Assembly: GCA_964057225.1 (NCBI GenBank)
Contig: OZ059900.1
Location: 18,228,001-18,292,000, forward strand
Direction: 5' to 3'
Origin: Auanema rhodensis
Lineage: Eukaryota; Animalia; Nematoda
DNA: 64,000 nucleotides
Below, piece after piece: positions 11,401 through 26,336 of the stretch. The position numbers were made by a program, and so were the translations under genes. Every line of letters starts with the position of its first letter. The stretch's first letter is position 1. The notes under the pieces were generated by a model, which saw only the letters and a list, made by a program, of their open reading frames with translations, was not told where the DNA came from and ran no database searches.

Positions 11401-14400
11401 TCTAGTTCCACTTTCACGACAAAAAAACAGGGGTTAGAAAATTAAGGAAATTAGCATATTCTGAGGGCACGCCCCTTATGGCTAATATTGATTAAATCGA
11501 TTTTTGTTCATATGAGTCGTCAAATGCAACGAATTTCAGCGTGTTACATACTAAAATGAAGCATTTTACATGCTGAACACTAGAAAAATACAAAAACACA
11601 GTATTTCCCATGAGAAATATTTTATTATGCTGGAAAACCAGTTTTTGGAAATTTCGCTGTAAACAAGGTTTTGACTTACGATTTCATGTGTTCAAACTCA
11701 TGCAATGTCAATGAAACCTAGCTCAAAATTGTTCGTACAACGACTAGTTCCACTTTCACGACAAAAAAACAGGGGTTAGAAAATTAAGGAAATTAGCATA
11801 TTCTGAGGGCACGCCCCTTATGGCTAATATTGATTAAATCGATTTTTGTTCATATGAGTCGTCAAATGCAACGAATTTCAGCGTGTTACATACTAAAATG
11901 AAGCATTTTACATGCTGAACACTAGAAAAATACAAAAACACAGTAATACCCATGAGAAATATTTTATTATGCTGGAAAACCAGTTTTTGGAAATTTCGCT
12001 GTAAACAAGGTTTTGACTTACGATTTCATGTGTTCAAACTCATGCAATGTCAATGAAACCTAGCTCAAAATTGTTCCTACAACGTCTAGTTCCACTTTCA
12101 CGACAAAAAAACAGGGGTTAGAAAATTAAGGAAATTAGCATATTCTGAGGGCACGACCTTTATGGCTAATATTGATTAAATCGATTTTTGTTCATATGAG
12201 TCGTCAAATGCAACGAATTTCAGCGTGTTACATACTAAAATGAAGCATTTTACATGCTGAACACTAGAAAAATACAAAAACACAGTATTTCCCATGAGAA
12301 ATATTTTATTATGCTGGAAAACCAGTTTTTGGAAATTTCGCTGTAAACAAGGTTTTGACTTACGATTTCATGTGTTCAAACTCATGCAATGTCAATGAAA
12401 CCTAGCTCAAAATTGTTCGTACAACGTCTAGTTCCACTTTCACGACAAAAAAACAGGGGTTAGAAAATTAAGGAAATTAGCATATTCTGAGGGCACGCCC
12501 CTTATGGCTAATATTGATTAAATCGATTTTTGTTCATATGAGTCGTCAAATGCAACGAATTTCAGCGTGTTACATACTAAAATGAAGCATTTTACATGCT
12601 GAACACTAGAAAAATACAAAAACACAGTATTTCCCATGAGAAATATTTTATTATGCTGGAAAACCAGTTTTTGGAAATTTCGCTGTAAACAAGGTTTTGA
12701 CTTACGATTTCATGTGTTCAAACTCATGCAATGTCAATGAAACCTAGCTCAAAATTGTTCGTACAACGACTAGTTCCACTTTCACGACAAAAAAACAGGG
12801 GTTAGAAAATTAAGGAAATTAGCATATTCTGAGGGCACGCCCCTTATGGCTAATATTGATTAAATCGATTTTTGTTCATATGAGTCGTCAAATGCAACGA
12901 ATTTCAGCGTGTTACATACTAAAATGAAGCATTTTACATGCTGAACACTAGAAAAATACAAAAACACAGTAATACCCATGAGAAATATTTTATTATGCTG
13001 GAAAACCAGTTTTTGGAAATTTCGCTGTAAACAAGGTTTTGACTTACGATTTCATGTGTTCAAACTCATGCAATGTCAATGAAACCTAGCTCAAAATTGT
13101 TCGTACAACGTCTAGTTCCACTTTCACGACAAAAAAACAGGGGTTAGAAAATTAAGGAAATTAGCATATTCTGAGGGCACGCCCCTTATGGCTAATATTG
13201 ATTAAATCGATTTTTGTTCATATGAGTCGTCAAATACAACGAATTTCAGCGTGTTACGTACTAAAATGAAGCATTTTACATGCTGAACACTAGAAAAATA
13301 CAAAAACACAGTATTTCCCATGAGAAATATTTTATTATGCTGGAAAACCAGTTTTTGGAAATTTCGCTGTAAACAAGGTTTTGACTTACGATTTCATGTG
13401 TTCAAACTCATGCAATGTCAATGAAACCTAGCTCAAAATTGTTCCTACAACGTCTAGTTCCACTTTCACGACAAAAAAACAGGGGTTAGAAAATTAAGGA
13501 AATTAGCATATTCTGAGGGCACGCCCTTTATGGCTAATATTGATTAAATCGATTTTTGTTCATATGAGTCGTCAAATGCAACGAATTTCAGCGTGTTACA
13601 TACTAAAATGAAGCATTTTACATGCTGAACACTAGAAAAATACAAAAACACAGTATTTCCCATGAGAAATATTTTATTATGCTGGAAAACCAGTTTTTGG
13701 AAATTTCGCTGTAAACAAGGTTTTGACTTACGATTTCATGTGTTCAAACTCATGCAATGTCAATGAAACCTAGCTCAAAATTGTTCGTACAACGTCTAGT
13801 TCCACTTTCACGACAAAAAAACAGGGGTTAGAAAATTAAGGAAATTAGCATATTCTGAGGGCACGCCCCTTATGGCTAATATTGATTAAATCGATTTTTG
13901 TTCATATGAGTCGTCAAATGCAACGAATTTCAGCGTGTTACATACTAAAATGAAGCATTTTACATGCTGAACACTAGAAAAATACAAAAACACAGTATTT
14001 CCCATGAGAATAATTTTATTATGCTGGAAAACCAGTTTTTGGAAATTTCGCTGTAAACAAGGTTTTGACTTACGATTTCATGTGTTCAAACTCATGCAAT
14101 GTCAATGAAACCTAGCTCAAAATTGTTCGTACAACGTCTAGTTCCACTTTCACGACAAAAAAACAGGGGTTAGAAAATTAAGGAAATTAGCATATTCTGA
14201 GGGCACGCCCCTTATGGCTAATATTGATTAAATCGATTTTTGTTCATATGAGTCGTCAAATGCAACGAATTTCAGCGTGTTACATACTAAAATGAAGCAT
14301 TTTACATGCTGAACACTAGAAAAATACAAAAACACAGTATTTCCCATGAGAAATATTTTATTATGCTGGAAAACCAGTTTTTGGAAATTTCGCTGTAAAC

Positions 14401-17400
14401 AAGGTTTTGACTTACGATTTCATGTGTTCAAACTCATGCAATGTCAATGAAACCTAGCTCAAAATTGTTCGTACAACGACTAGTTCCACTTTCACGACAA
14501 AAAAACAGGGGTTAGAAAATTAAGGAAATTAGCATATTCTGAGGGCACGCCCCTTATGGCTAATATTGATTAAATCGATTTTTGTTCATATGAGTCGTCA
14601 AATGCAACGAATTTCAGCGTGTTACATACTAAAATGAAGCATTTTACATGCTGAACACTAGAAAAATACAAAAACACAGTATTTCCCATGAGAAATATTT
14701 TATTATGCTGGAAAACCAGTTTTTGGAAATTTCGCTGTAAACAAGGTTTTGACTTACGATTTCATGTGTTCAAACTCATGCAATGTCAATGAAACCTAGC
14801 TCAAAATTGTTCGTACAACGTCTAGTTCCACTTTCACGACAAAAAAACAGGGGTTAGAAAATTAAGGAAATTAGCATATTCTGAGGGCACGCCCCTTATG
14901 GCTAATATTGATTAAATCGATTTTTGTTCATATGAGTCGTCAAATGCAACGAATTTCAGCGTGTTACATACTAAAATGAAGCATTTTACATGCTGAACAC
15001 TAGAAAAATACAAAAACACAGTATTTCCCATGAGAAATATTTTATTATGCTGGAAAACCAGTTTTTGGAAATTTCGCTGTAAACAAGGTTTTGACTTACG
15101 ATTTCATGTGTTCAAACTCATGCAATGTCAATGAAACCTAGCTCAAAATTGTTCGTACAACGACTAGTTCCACTTTCACGACAAAAAAACAGGGGTTAGA
15201 AAATTAAGGAAATTAGCATATTCTGAGGGCACGCCCCTTATGGCTAATATTGATTAAATCGATTTTTGTTCATATGAGTCGTCAAATGCAACGAATTTCA
15301 GCGTGTTACATACTAAAATGAAGCATTTTACATGCTGAACACTAGAAAAATACAAAAACACAGTATTTCCCATGAGAAATATTTTATTATGCTGGAAAAC
15401 CAGTTTTTGAAAATTTCGCTGTAAACAAGGTTTTGACTTACGATTTCATGTGTTCAAACTCATGCAATGTCAATGAAACCTAGCTCAAAATTGTTCCTAC
15501 AACGTCTAGTTCCACTTTCACGACAAAAAAACAGGGGTTAGAAAATTAAGGAAATTAGCATATTCTGAGGGCACGCCCTTTATGGCTAATATTGATTAAA
15601 TCGATTTTTGTTCATATGAGTCGTCAAATGCAACGAATTTCAGCGTGTTACATACTAAAATGAAGCATTTTACATGCTGAACACTAGAAAAATACAAAAA
15701 CACAGTATTTCCCATGAGAAATATTTTATTATGCTGGAAAACCAGTTTTTGGAAATTTCGCTGTAAACAAGGTTTTGACTTACGATTTCATGTGTTCAAA
15801 CTCATGCAATGTCAATGAAACCTAGCTCAAAATTGTTCGTACAACGACTAGTTCCACTTTCACGACAAAAAAACAGGGGTTAGAAAATTAAGGAAATTAG
15901 CATATTCTGAGGGCACGCCCCTTATGGCTAATATTGATTAAATCGATTTTTGTTCATATGAGTCGTCAAATGCAACGAATTTCAGCGTGTTACATACTAA
16001 AATGAAGCATTTTACATGCTGAACACTAGAAAAATACAAAAACACAGTATTTCCCATGAGAAATATTTTATTATGCTGGAAAACCAGTTTTTGAAAATTT
16101 CGCTGTAAACAAGGTTTTGACTTACGATTTCATGTGTTCAAACTCATGCAATGTCAATGAAACCTAGCTCAAAATTGTTCCTACAACGTCTAGTTCCACT
16201 TTCACGACAAAAAAACAGGGGTTAGAAAATTAAGGAAATTAGCATATTCTGAGGGCACGCCCTTTATGGCTAATATTGATTAAATCGATTTTTGTTCATA
16301 TGAGTCGTCAAATGCAACGAATTTCAGCGTGTTACATACTAAAATGAAGCATTTTACATGCTGAACACTAGAAAAATACAAAAACACAGTATTTCCCATG
16401 AGAAATATTTTATTATGCTGGAAAACCAGTTTTTGGAAATTTCGCTGTAAACAAGGTTTTGACTTACGATTTCATGTGTTCAAACTCATGCAATGTCAAT
16501 GAAACCTAGCTCAAAATTGTTCGTACAACGTCTAGTTCCACTTTCACGACAAAAAAACAGGGGTTAGAAAATTAAGGAAATTAGCATATTCTGAGGGCAC
16601 GCCCCTTATGGCTAATATTGATTAAATCGATTTTTGTTCATATGAGTCGTCAAATGCAACGAATTTCAGCGTGTTACATACTAAAATGAAGCATTTTACA
16701 TGCTGAACACTAGAAAAATACAAAAACACAGTATTTCCCATGAGAATAATTTTATTATGCTGGAAAACCAGTTTTTGGAAATTTCGCTGTAAACAAGGTT
16801 TTGACTTACGATTTCATGTGTTCAAACTCATGCAATGTCAATGAAACCTAGCTCAAAATTGTTCGTACAACGTCTAGTTCCACTTTCACGACAAAAAAAC
16901 AGGGGTTAGAAAATTAAGGAAATTAGCATATTCTGAGGGCACGCCCCTTATGGCTAATATTGATTAAATCGATTTTTGTTCATATGAGTCGTCAAATGCA
17001 ACGAATTTCAGCGTGTTACATACTAAAATGAAGCATTTTACATGCTGAACACTAGAAAAATACAAAAACACAGTATTTCCCATGAGAAATATTTTATTAT
17101 GCTGGAAAACCAGTTTTTGGAAATTTCGCTGTAAACAAGGTTTTGACTTACGATTTCATGTGTTCAAACTCATGCAATGTCAATGAAACCTAGCTCAAAA
17201 TTGTTCCTACAACGTCTAGTTCCACTTTCACGACAAAAAAACAGGGGTTAGAAAATTAAGGAAATTAGCATATTCTGAGGGCACGCCCTTTATGGCTAAT
17301 ATTGATTAAATCGATTTTTGTTCATATGAGTCGTCAAATGCAACGAATTTCAGCGTGTTACATACTAAAATGAAGCATTTCACATGCTGAACACTAGAAA

Positions 17401-17559
17401 AATACAAAAACACAGTATTTCCCATGAGAAATATTTTATTATGCTGGAAAACCAGTTTTTGGAAATTTCGCTGTAAACAAGGTTTTGACTTACGATTTCA
17501 TGTGTTCAAACTCATGCAATGTCAATGAAACCTAGCTCAAAATTGTTCGTACAACGTCT
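2422..17559. repeat. 22-monomer (7,524 bp) tandem duplication, two copies (M9-M29 = M31-M51)
   Basis: The variant series matches at lag 7,524, including rare markers: A262G+T280C (M10/M32), C186A (M14/M36) and G240A+A262G (M17/M39). It is bounded by C27T at 2421 and A118G at 17560. Confidence 0.92.
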
Positions 17560-17784
17560 GGTTCCACTTTCACGACAAAAAAACAGGGGTTAGAAAATTA
17601 AGGAAATTAGCATATTCTGAGGGCACGCCCCTTATGGCTAATATTGATTAAATCGATTTTTGTTCATATGAGTCGTCAAATGCAACGAATTTCAGCGTGT
17701 TACATACTAAAATGAAGCATTTTACATGCTGAACACTAAAAAAGTACAAAAACACAGTATTTCCCATGAGAAATATTTTATTAT

Positions 17785-19154
17785 GCTGGAAAACCAGTTT
17801 TTGGAAATTTCGCTGTAAACAAGGTTTTGACTTACGATTTCATGTGTTCAAACTCATGCAATGTCAATGAAACCTAGCTCAAAATTGTTCGTACAACGTC
17901 TAGTTCCACTTTCACGACAAAAAAACAGGGGTTAGAAAATTAAGGAAATTAGCATATTCTGAGGGCACGCCCCCTTATGGCTAATATTGATTAAATCGAT
18001 TTTTGTTCATATGAGTCGTCAAATGCAACGAATTTCAGCGTGTTACATACTAAAATGAAGCATTTTACATGCTGAACACTAGAAAAATACAAAAACACAG
18101 TAATACCCATGAGAAATATTTTATTATGCTGGAAAACCAGTTTTTGGAAATTTCGCTGTAAACAAGGTTTTGACTTACGATTTCATGTGTTTAAACTCAT
18201 GCAATGTCAATGAAACCTAGCTCAAAATTGTTAATACAATGTCTAGTTCCACTTTCACGACAAAAAAACAGGGGTTAGAAAATTAAGGAAATTAGCATAT
18301 TCTGAGGGCACGCCCTTTATGGCTAATATTGATTAAATCGATTTTTGTTCATATGAGTCGTCAAATGCAACGAATTTCAGCGTGTTACATACTAAAATGA
18401 AGCATTTTACATGCTGAACACTAGAAAAATACAAAAACACAGTATTTCCCATGAGAAATATTTTATTATGCTGGAAAACCAGTTTTTGGAAATTTCGCTG
18501 TAAACAAGGTTTTGACTTACGATTTCATGTGTTCAAACTCATGCAATGTCAATGAAACCTAGCTCAAAATTGTTCGTACAACGTCTAGTTCCACTTTCAC
18601 GACAAAAAAACAGGGGTTAGAAAATTAAGGAAATTAGCATATTCTGAGGGCACGCCCCCTTATGGCTAATATTGATTAAATCGATTTTTGTTCATATGAG
18701 TCGTCAAATGCAACGAATTTCAGCGTGTTACATACTAAAATGAAGCATTTTACATGCTGAACACTAGAAAAATACAAAAACACAGTAATACCCATGAGAA
18801 ATATTTTATTATGCTGGAAAACCAGTTTTTGGAAATTTCGCTGTAAACAAGGTTTTGACTTACGATTTCATGTGTTTAAACTCATGCAATGTCAATGAAA
18901 CCTAGCTCAAAATTGTTAATACAATGTCTAGTTCCACTTTCACGACAAAAAAACAGGGGTTAGAAAATTAAGGAAATTAGCATATTCTGAGGGCACGCCC
19001 TTTATGGCTAATATTGATTAAATCGATTTTTGTTCATATGAGTCGTCAAATGCAACGAATTTCAGCGTGTTACATACTAAAATGAAGCATTTTACATGCT
19101 GAACACTAGAAAAATACAAAAACACAGTATTTCCCATGAGAAATATTTTATTAT
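17785..19154. repeat. Dimer duplication, 685-bp unit (M53-54 = M55-56)
   Basis: A 343-bp monomer with C5 run and GTAATACC is followed by a monomer with C65T + TTAATACAAT + C189T; the pair occurs twice. Confidence 0.9.
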
Positions 19155-21548
19155 GCTGGAAAACCAGTTTTTGGAAATTTCGCTGTAAACAAGGTTTTGA
19201 CTTACGATTTCATGTGTTCAAACTCATGCAATGTCAATGAAACCTAGCTCAAAATTGTTCGTACAACGTCTAGTTCCACTTTCACGACTAAAAAACAGGG
19301 GTTAGAAAATTAAGGAAATTAGCATATTCTGAGGGCACGCCCCTTATGGCTAATATTGATTAAATCGATTTTTGTTCATATGAGTCGTCAAATGCAACGA
19401 ATTTCAGCGTGTTACATACTAAAATGAAGCATTTTACATGCTGAACACTAGAAAAATACAAAAACACAGTATTTCCCATGAGAAATATTTTATTATGCTG
19501 GAAAACCAGTTTTTGGAAATTTCGCTGTAAACAAGGTTTTGACTTACGATTTCATGTGTTCAAACTCATGCAATGTCAATGAAACCCAGCTCAAAATTGT
19601 TCGTACAACGTCTAGTTCCACTTTCACGACAAAAAAACAGGGGTTAGAAAATTAAGGAAATTAGCATATTCTGAGGGCACGCCCCTTATGGCTAATATTG
19701 ATTAAATCGATTTTTGTTCATATGAGTCGTCAAATGCAACGAATTTCAGCGTGTTACATACTAAAATAAAGCATTTTACATGCTGAACACTAGAAAAATA
19801 CAAAAACACAGTATTTCCCATGAGAAATATTTTATTATGCTGGAAAACCAGTTTTTGGAAATTTCGCTGTAAACAAGGTTTTGACTTACGATTTCATGTG
19901 TTCAAACTCATGCAATGTCAATGAAACCTAGCTCAAAATTGTTCGTACAACGTCTAGTTCCACTTTCACGACAAAAAAACAGGGGTTAGAAAATTAAGGA
20001 AATTAGCATATTCTGAGGGCACGCCCCTTATGGCTAATATTGATTAAATCGATTTTTGTTCATATGAGTCGTCAAATGCAACGAATTTCAGCGTGTTACA
20101 TACTAAAATGAAGCATTTTACATGCTGAACACTAGAAAAATACAAAAACACAGTATTTCCCATGAGAAATATTTTATTATGCTGGAAAACCAGTTTTTGG
20201 AAATTTCGCTGTAAACAAGGTTTTGACTTACGATTTCATGTGTTCAAACTCATGCAATGTCAATGAAACCCAGCTCAAAATTGTTCGTACAACGTCTAGT
20301 TCCACTTTCACGACAAAAAAACAGGGGTTAGAAAATTAAGGAAATTAGCATATTCTAAGGGCACGCCCCTTATGGCTAATATTGATTAAATCGATTTTTG
20401 TTCATATGAGTCGTCAAATGCAACGAATTTCAGCGTGTTACATACTAAAAAGAAGCATTTTACATGCTGAACACTAGAAAAATACAAAAACACAGTATTT
20501 CCCATGAGAAATATTTTATTATGCTGGAAAACCAGTTTTTGGAAATTTCGCTGTAAACAAGGTTTTGACTTACGATTTCATGTGTTCAAACTCATGCAAT
20601 GTCAATGAAACCTAGCTCAAAATTGTTCGTACAACGTCTAGTTCCACTTTCACGACAAAAAAACAGGGGTTAGAAAATTAAGGAAATTAGCATATTCTGA
20701 GGGCACGCCCCTTATGGCTAATATTGATTAAATCGATTTTTGTTCATATGAGTCGTCAAATGCAACGAATTTCAGCGTGTTACATACTAAAATGAAGCAT
20801 TTTACATGCTGAACACTAGAAAAATACAAAAACACAGTATTTCCCATGAGAAATATTTTATTATGCTGGAAAACCAGTTTTTGAAAATTTCGCTGTAAAC
20901 AAGGTTTTGACTTACGATTTCATGTGTTCAAACTCATGCAATGTCAATGAAACCTAGCTCAAAATTGTTCGTACAACGTCTAGTTCCACTTTCACGACAA
21001 AAAAACAGGGGTTAGAAAATTAAGGAAATTAGCATATTCTGAGGGCACGCCCCTTATGGCTAATATTGATTAAATCGATTTTTGTTCATATGAGTCGTCA
21101 AATACAACGAATTTCAGCGTGTTACGTACTAAAATGAAGCATTTTACATGCTGAACACTAGAAAAATACAAAAACACAGTATTTCCCATGAGAAATATTT
21201 TATTATGCTGGAAAACCAGTTTTTGGAAATTTCGCTGTAAACAAGGTTTTGACTTACGATTTCATGTGTTCAAACTCATGCAATGTCAATGAAACCTAGC
21301 TCAAAATTGTTCCTACAACGTCTAGTTCCACTTTCACGACAAAAAAACAGGGGTTAGAAAATTAAGGAAATTAGCATATTCTGAGGGCACGCCCTTTATG
21401 GCTAATATTGATTAAATCGATTTTTGTTCATATGAGTCGTCAAATGCAACGAATTTCAGCGTGTTACATACTAAAATGAAGCATTTTACATGCTGAACAC
21501 TAGAAAAATACAAAAACACAGTATTTCCCATGAGAAATATTTTATTAT

Positions 21549-24500
21549 GCTGGAAAACCAGTTTTTGGAAATTTCGCTGTAAACAAGGTTTTGACTTACG
21601 ATTTCATGTGTTCAAACTCATGCAATGTCAATGAAACCTAGCTCAAAATTGTTCGTACAACGTCTAGTTCCACTTTCACGACAAAAAAACAGGGGTTAGA
21701 AAATTAAGGAAATTAGCATATTCTGAGGGCACGCCCCTTATGGCTAATATTGATTAAATCGATTTTTGTTCATATGAGTCGTCAAATGCAACGAATTTCA
21801 GCGTGTTACATACTAAAATGAAGCATTTTACATGCTGAACACTAGAAAAATACAAAAACACAGTATTTCCCATGAGAATAATTTTATTATGCTGGAAAAC
21901 CAGTTTTTGGAAATTTCGCTGTAAACAAGGTTTTGACTTACGATTTCATGTGTTCAAACTCATGCAATGTCAATGAAACCTAGCTCAAAATTGTTCGTAC
22001 AACGTCTAGTTCCACTTTCACGACAAAAAAACAGGGGTTAGAAAATTAAGGAAATTAGCATATTCTGAGGGCACGCCCCTTATGGCTAATATTGATTAAA
22101 TCGATTTTTGTTCATATGAGTCGTCAAATGCAACGAATTTCAGCGTGTTACATACTAAAATGAAGCATTTTACATGCTGAACACTAGAAAAATACAAAAA
22201 CACAGTATTTCCCATGAGAAATATTTTATTATGCTGGAAAACCAGTTTTTGGAAATTTCGCTGTAAACAAGGTTTTGACTTACGATTTCATGTGTTCAAA
22301 CTCATGCAATGTCAATGAAACCTAGCTCAAAATTGTTCGTACAACGTCTAGTTCCACTTTCACGACAAAAAAACAGGGGTTAGAAAATTAAGGAAATTAG
22401 CATATTCTGAGGGCACGCCCCTTATGGCTAATATTGATTAAATCGATTTTTGTTCATATGAGTCGTCAAATGCAACGAATTTCAGCGTGTTACATACTAA
22501 AATGAAGCATTTTACATGCTGAACACTAGAAAAATACAAAAACACAGTATTTCCCATGAGAAATATTTTATTATGCTGGAAAACCAGTTTTTGGAAATTT
22601 CGCTGTAAACAAGGTTTTGACTTACGATTTCATGTGTTCAAACTCATGCAATGTCAATGAAACCTAGCTCAAAATTGTTCGTACAACGACTAGTTCCACT
22701 TTCACGACAAAAAAACAGGGGTTAGAAAATTAAGGAAATTAGCATATTCTGAGGGCACGCCCCTTATGGCTAATATTGATTAAATCGATTTTTGTTCATA
22801 TGAGTCGTCAAATGCAACGAATTTCAGCGTGTTACATACTAAAATGAAGCATTTTACATGCTGAACACTAGAAAAATACAAAAACACAGTATTTCCCATG
22901 AGAAATATTTTATTATGCTGGAAAACCAGTTTTTGAAAATTTCGCTGTAAACAAGGTTTTGACTTACGATTTCATGTGTTCAAACTCATGCAATGTCAAT
23001 GAAACCTAGCTCAAAATTGTTCCTACAACGTCTAGTTCCACTTTCACGACAAAAAAACAGGGGTTAGAAAATTAAGGAAATTAGCATATTCTGAGGGCAC
23101 GCCCTTTATGGCTAATATTGATTAAATCGATTTTTGTTCATATGAGTCGTCAAATGCAACGAATTTCAGCGTGTTACATACTAAAATGAAGCATTTTACA
23201 TGCTGAACACTAGAAAAATACAAAAACACAGTATTTCCCATGAGAAATATTTTATTATGCTGGAAAACCAGTTTTTGGAAATTTCGCTGTAAACAAGGTT
23301 TTGACTTACGATTTCATGTGTTCAAACTCATGCAATGTCAATGAAACCTAGCTCAAAATTGTTCGTACAACGACTAGTTCCACTTTCACGACAAAAAAAC
23401 AGGGGTTAGAAAATTAAGGAAATTAGCATATTCTGAGGGCACGCCCCTTATGGCTAATATTGATTAAATCGATTTTTGTTCATATGAGTCGTCAAATGCA
23501 ACGAATTTCAGCGTGTTACATACTAAAATGAAGCATTTTACATGCTGAACACTAGAAAAATACAAAAACACAGTATTTCCCATGAGAAATATTTTATTAT
23601 GCTGGAAAACCAGTTTTTGAAAATTTCGCTGTAAACAAGGTTTTGACTTACGATTTCATGTGTTCAAACTCATGCAATGTCAATGAAACCTAGCTCAAAA
23701 TTGTTCCTACAACGTCTAGTTCCACTTTCACGACAAAAAAACAGGGGTTAGAAAATTAAGGAAATTAGCATATTCTGAGGGCACGCCCTTTATGGCTAAT
23801 ATTGATTAAATCGATTTTTGTTCATATGAGTCGTCAAATGCAACGAATTTCAGCGTGTTACATACTAAAATGAAGCATTTTACATGCTGAACACTAGAAA
23901 AATACAAAAACACAGTATTTCCCATGAGAAATATTTTATTATGCTGGAAAACCAGTTTTTGGAAATTTCGCTGTAAACAAGGTTTTGACTTACGATTTCA
24001 TGTGTTCAAACTCATGCAATGTCAATGAAACCTAGCTCAAAATTGTTCGTACAACGTCTAGTTCCACTTTCACGACAAAAAAACAGGGGTTAGAAAATTA
24101 AGGAAATTAGCATATTCTGAGGGCACGCCCCTTATGGCTAATATTGATTAAATCGATTTTTGTTCATATGAGTCGTCAAATGCAACGAATTTCAGCGTGT
24201 TACATACTAAAATGAAGCATTTTACATGCTGAACACTAGAAAAATACAAAAACACAGTATTTCCCATGAGAATAATTTTATTATGCTGGAAAACCAGTTT
24301 TTGGAAATTTCGCTGTAAACAAGGTTTTGACTTACGATTTCATGTGTTCAAACTCATGCAATGTCAATGAAACCTAGCTCAAAATTGTTCGTACAACGTC
24401 TAGTTCCACTTTCACGACAAAAAAACAGGGGTTAGAAAATTAAGGAAATTAGCATATTCTGAGGGCACGCCCCTTATGGCTAATATTGATTAAATCGATT

Positions 24501-26336
24501 TTTGTTCATATGAGTCGTCAAATGCAACGAATTTCAGCGTGTTACATACTAAAATGAAGCATTTTACATGCTGAACACTAGAAAAATACAAAAACACAGT
24601 ATTTCCCATGAGAAATATTTTATTATGCTGGAAAACCAGTTTTTGGAAATTTCGCTGTAAACAAGGTTTTGACTTACGATTTCATGTGTTCAAACTCATG
24701 CAATGTCAATGAAACCTAGCTCAAAATTGTTCGTACAACGTCTAGTTCCACTTTCACGACAAAAAAACAGGGGTTAGAAAATTAAGGAAATTAGCATATT
24801 CTGAGGGCACGCCCCTTATGGCTAATATTGATTAAATCGATTTTTGTTCATATGAGTCGTCAAATGCAACGAATTTCAGCGTGTTACATACTAAAATGAA
24901 GCATTTTACATGCTGAACACTAGAAAAATACAAAAACACAGTATTTCCCATGAGAAATATTTTATTATGCTGGAAAACCAGTTTTTGGAAATTTCGCTGT
25001 AAACAAGGTTTTGACTTACGATTTCATGTGTTCAAACTCATGCAATGTCAATGAAACCTAGCTCAAAATTGTTCGTACAACGACTAGTTCCACTTTCACG
25101 ACAAAAAAACAGGGGTTAGAAAATTAAGGAAATTAGCATATTCTGAGGGCACGCCCCTTATGGCTAATATTGATTAAATCGATTTTTGTTCATATGAGTC
25201 GTCAAATGCAACGAATTTCAGCGTGTTACATACTAAAATGAAGCATTTTACATGCTGAACACTAGAAAAATACAAAAACACAGTATTTCCCATGAGAAAT
25301 ATTTTATTATGCTGGAAAACCAGTTTTTGAAAATTTCGCTGTAAACAAGGTTTTGACTTACGATTTCATGTGTTCAAACTCATGCAATGTCAATGAAACC
25401 TAGCTCAAAATTGTTCCTACAACGTCTAGTTCCACTTTCACGACAAAAAAACAGGGGTTAGAAAATTAAGGAAATTAGCATATTCTGAGGGCACGCCCTT
25501 TATGGCTAATATTGATTAAATCGATTTTTGTTCATATGAGTCGTCAAATGCAACGAATTTCAGCGTGTTACATACTAAAATGAAGCATTTTACATGCTGA
25601 ACACTAGAAAAATACAAAAACACAGTATTTCCCATGAGAAATATTTTATTATGCTGGAAAACCAGTTTTTGGAAATTTCGCTGTAAACAAGGTTTTGACT
25701 TACGATTTCATGTGTTCAAACTCATGCAATGTCAATGAAACCTAGCTCAAAATTGTTCGTACAACGACTAGTTCCACTTTCACGACAAAAAAACAGGGGT
25801 TAGAAAATTAAGGAAATTAGCATATTCTGAGGGCACGCCCCTTATGGCTAATATTGATTAAATCGATTTTTGTTCATATGAGTCGTCAAATGCAACGAAT
25901 TTCAGCGTGTTACATACTAAAATGAAGCATTTTACATGCTGAACACTAGAAAAATACAAAAACACAGTATTTCCCATGAGAAATATTTTATTATGCTGGA
26001 AAACCAGTTTTTGAAAATTTCGCTGTAAACAAGGTTTTGACTTACGATTTCATGTGTTCAAACTCATGCAATGTCAATGAAACCTAGCTCAAAATTGTTC
26101 CTACAACGTCTAGTTCCACTTTCACGACAAAAAAACAGGGGTTAGAAAATTAAGGAAATTAGCATATTCTGAGGGCACGCCCTTTATGGCTAATATTGAT
26201 TAAATCGATTTTTGTTCATATGAGTCGTCAAATGCAACGAATTTCAGCGTGTTACATACTAAAATGAAGCATTTTACATGCTGAACACTAGAAAAATACA
26301 AAAACACAGTATTTCCCATGAGAAATATTTTATTAT
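21549..26336. repeat. 7-monomer (2,394 bp) tandem duplication (M64-70 = M71-77)
   Basis: The series GAGAATAAT / consensus / consensus / T115A / G20A+G107C+C189T / T115A / G20A+G107C+C189T occurs twice, and the match continues into M78-79. Confidence 0.88.
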
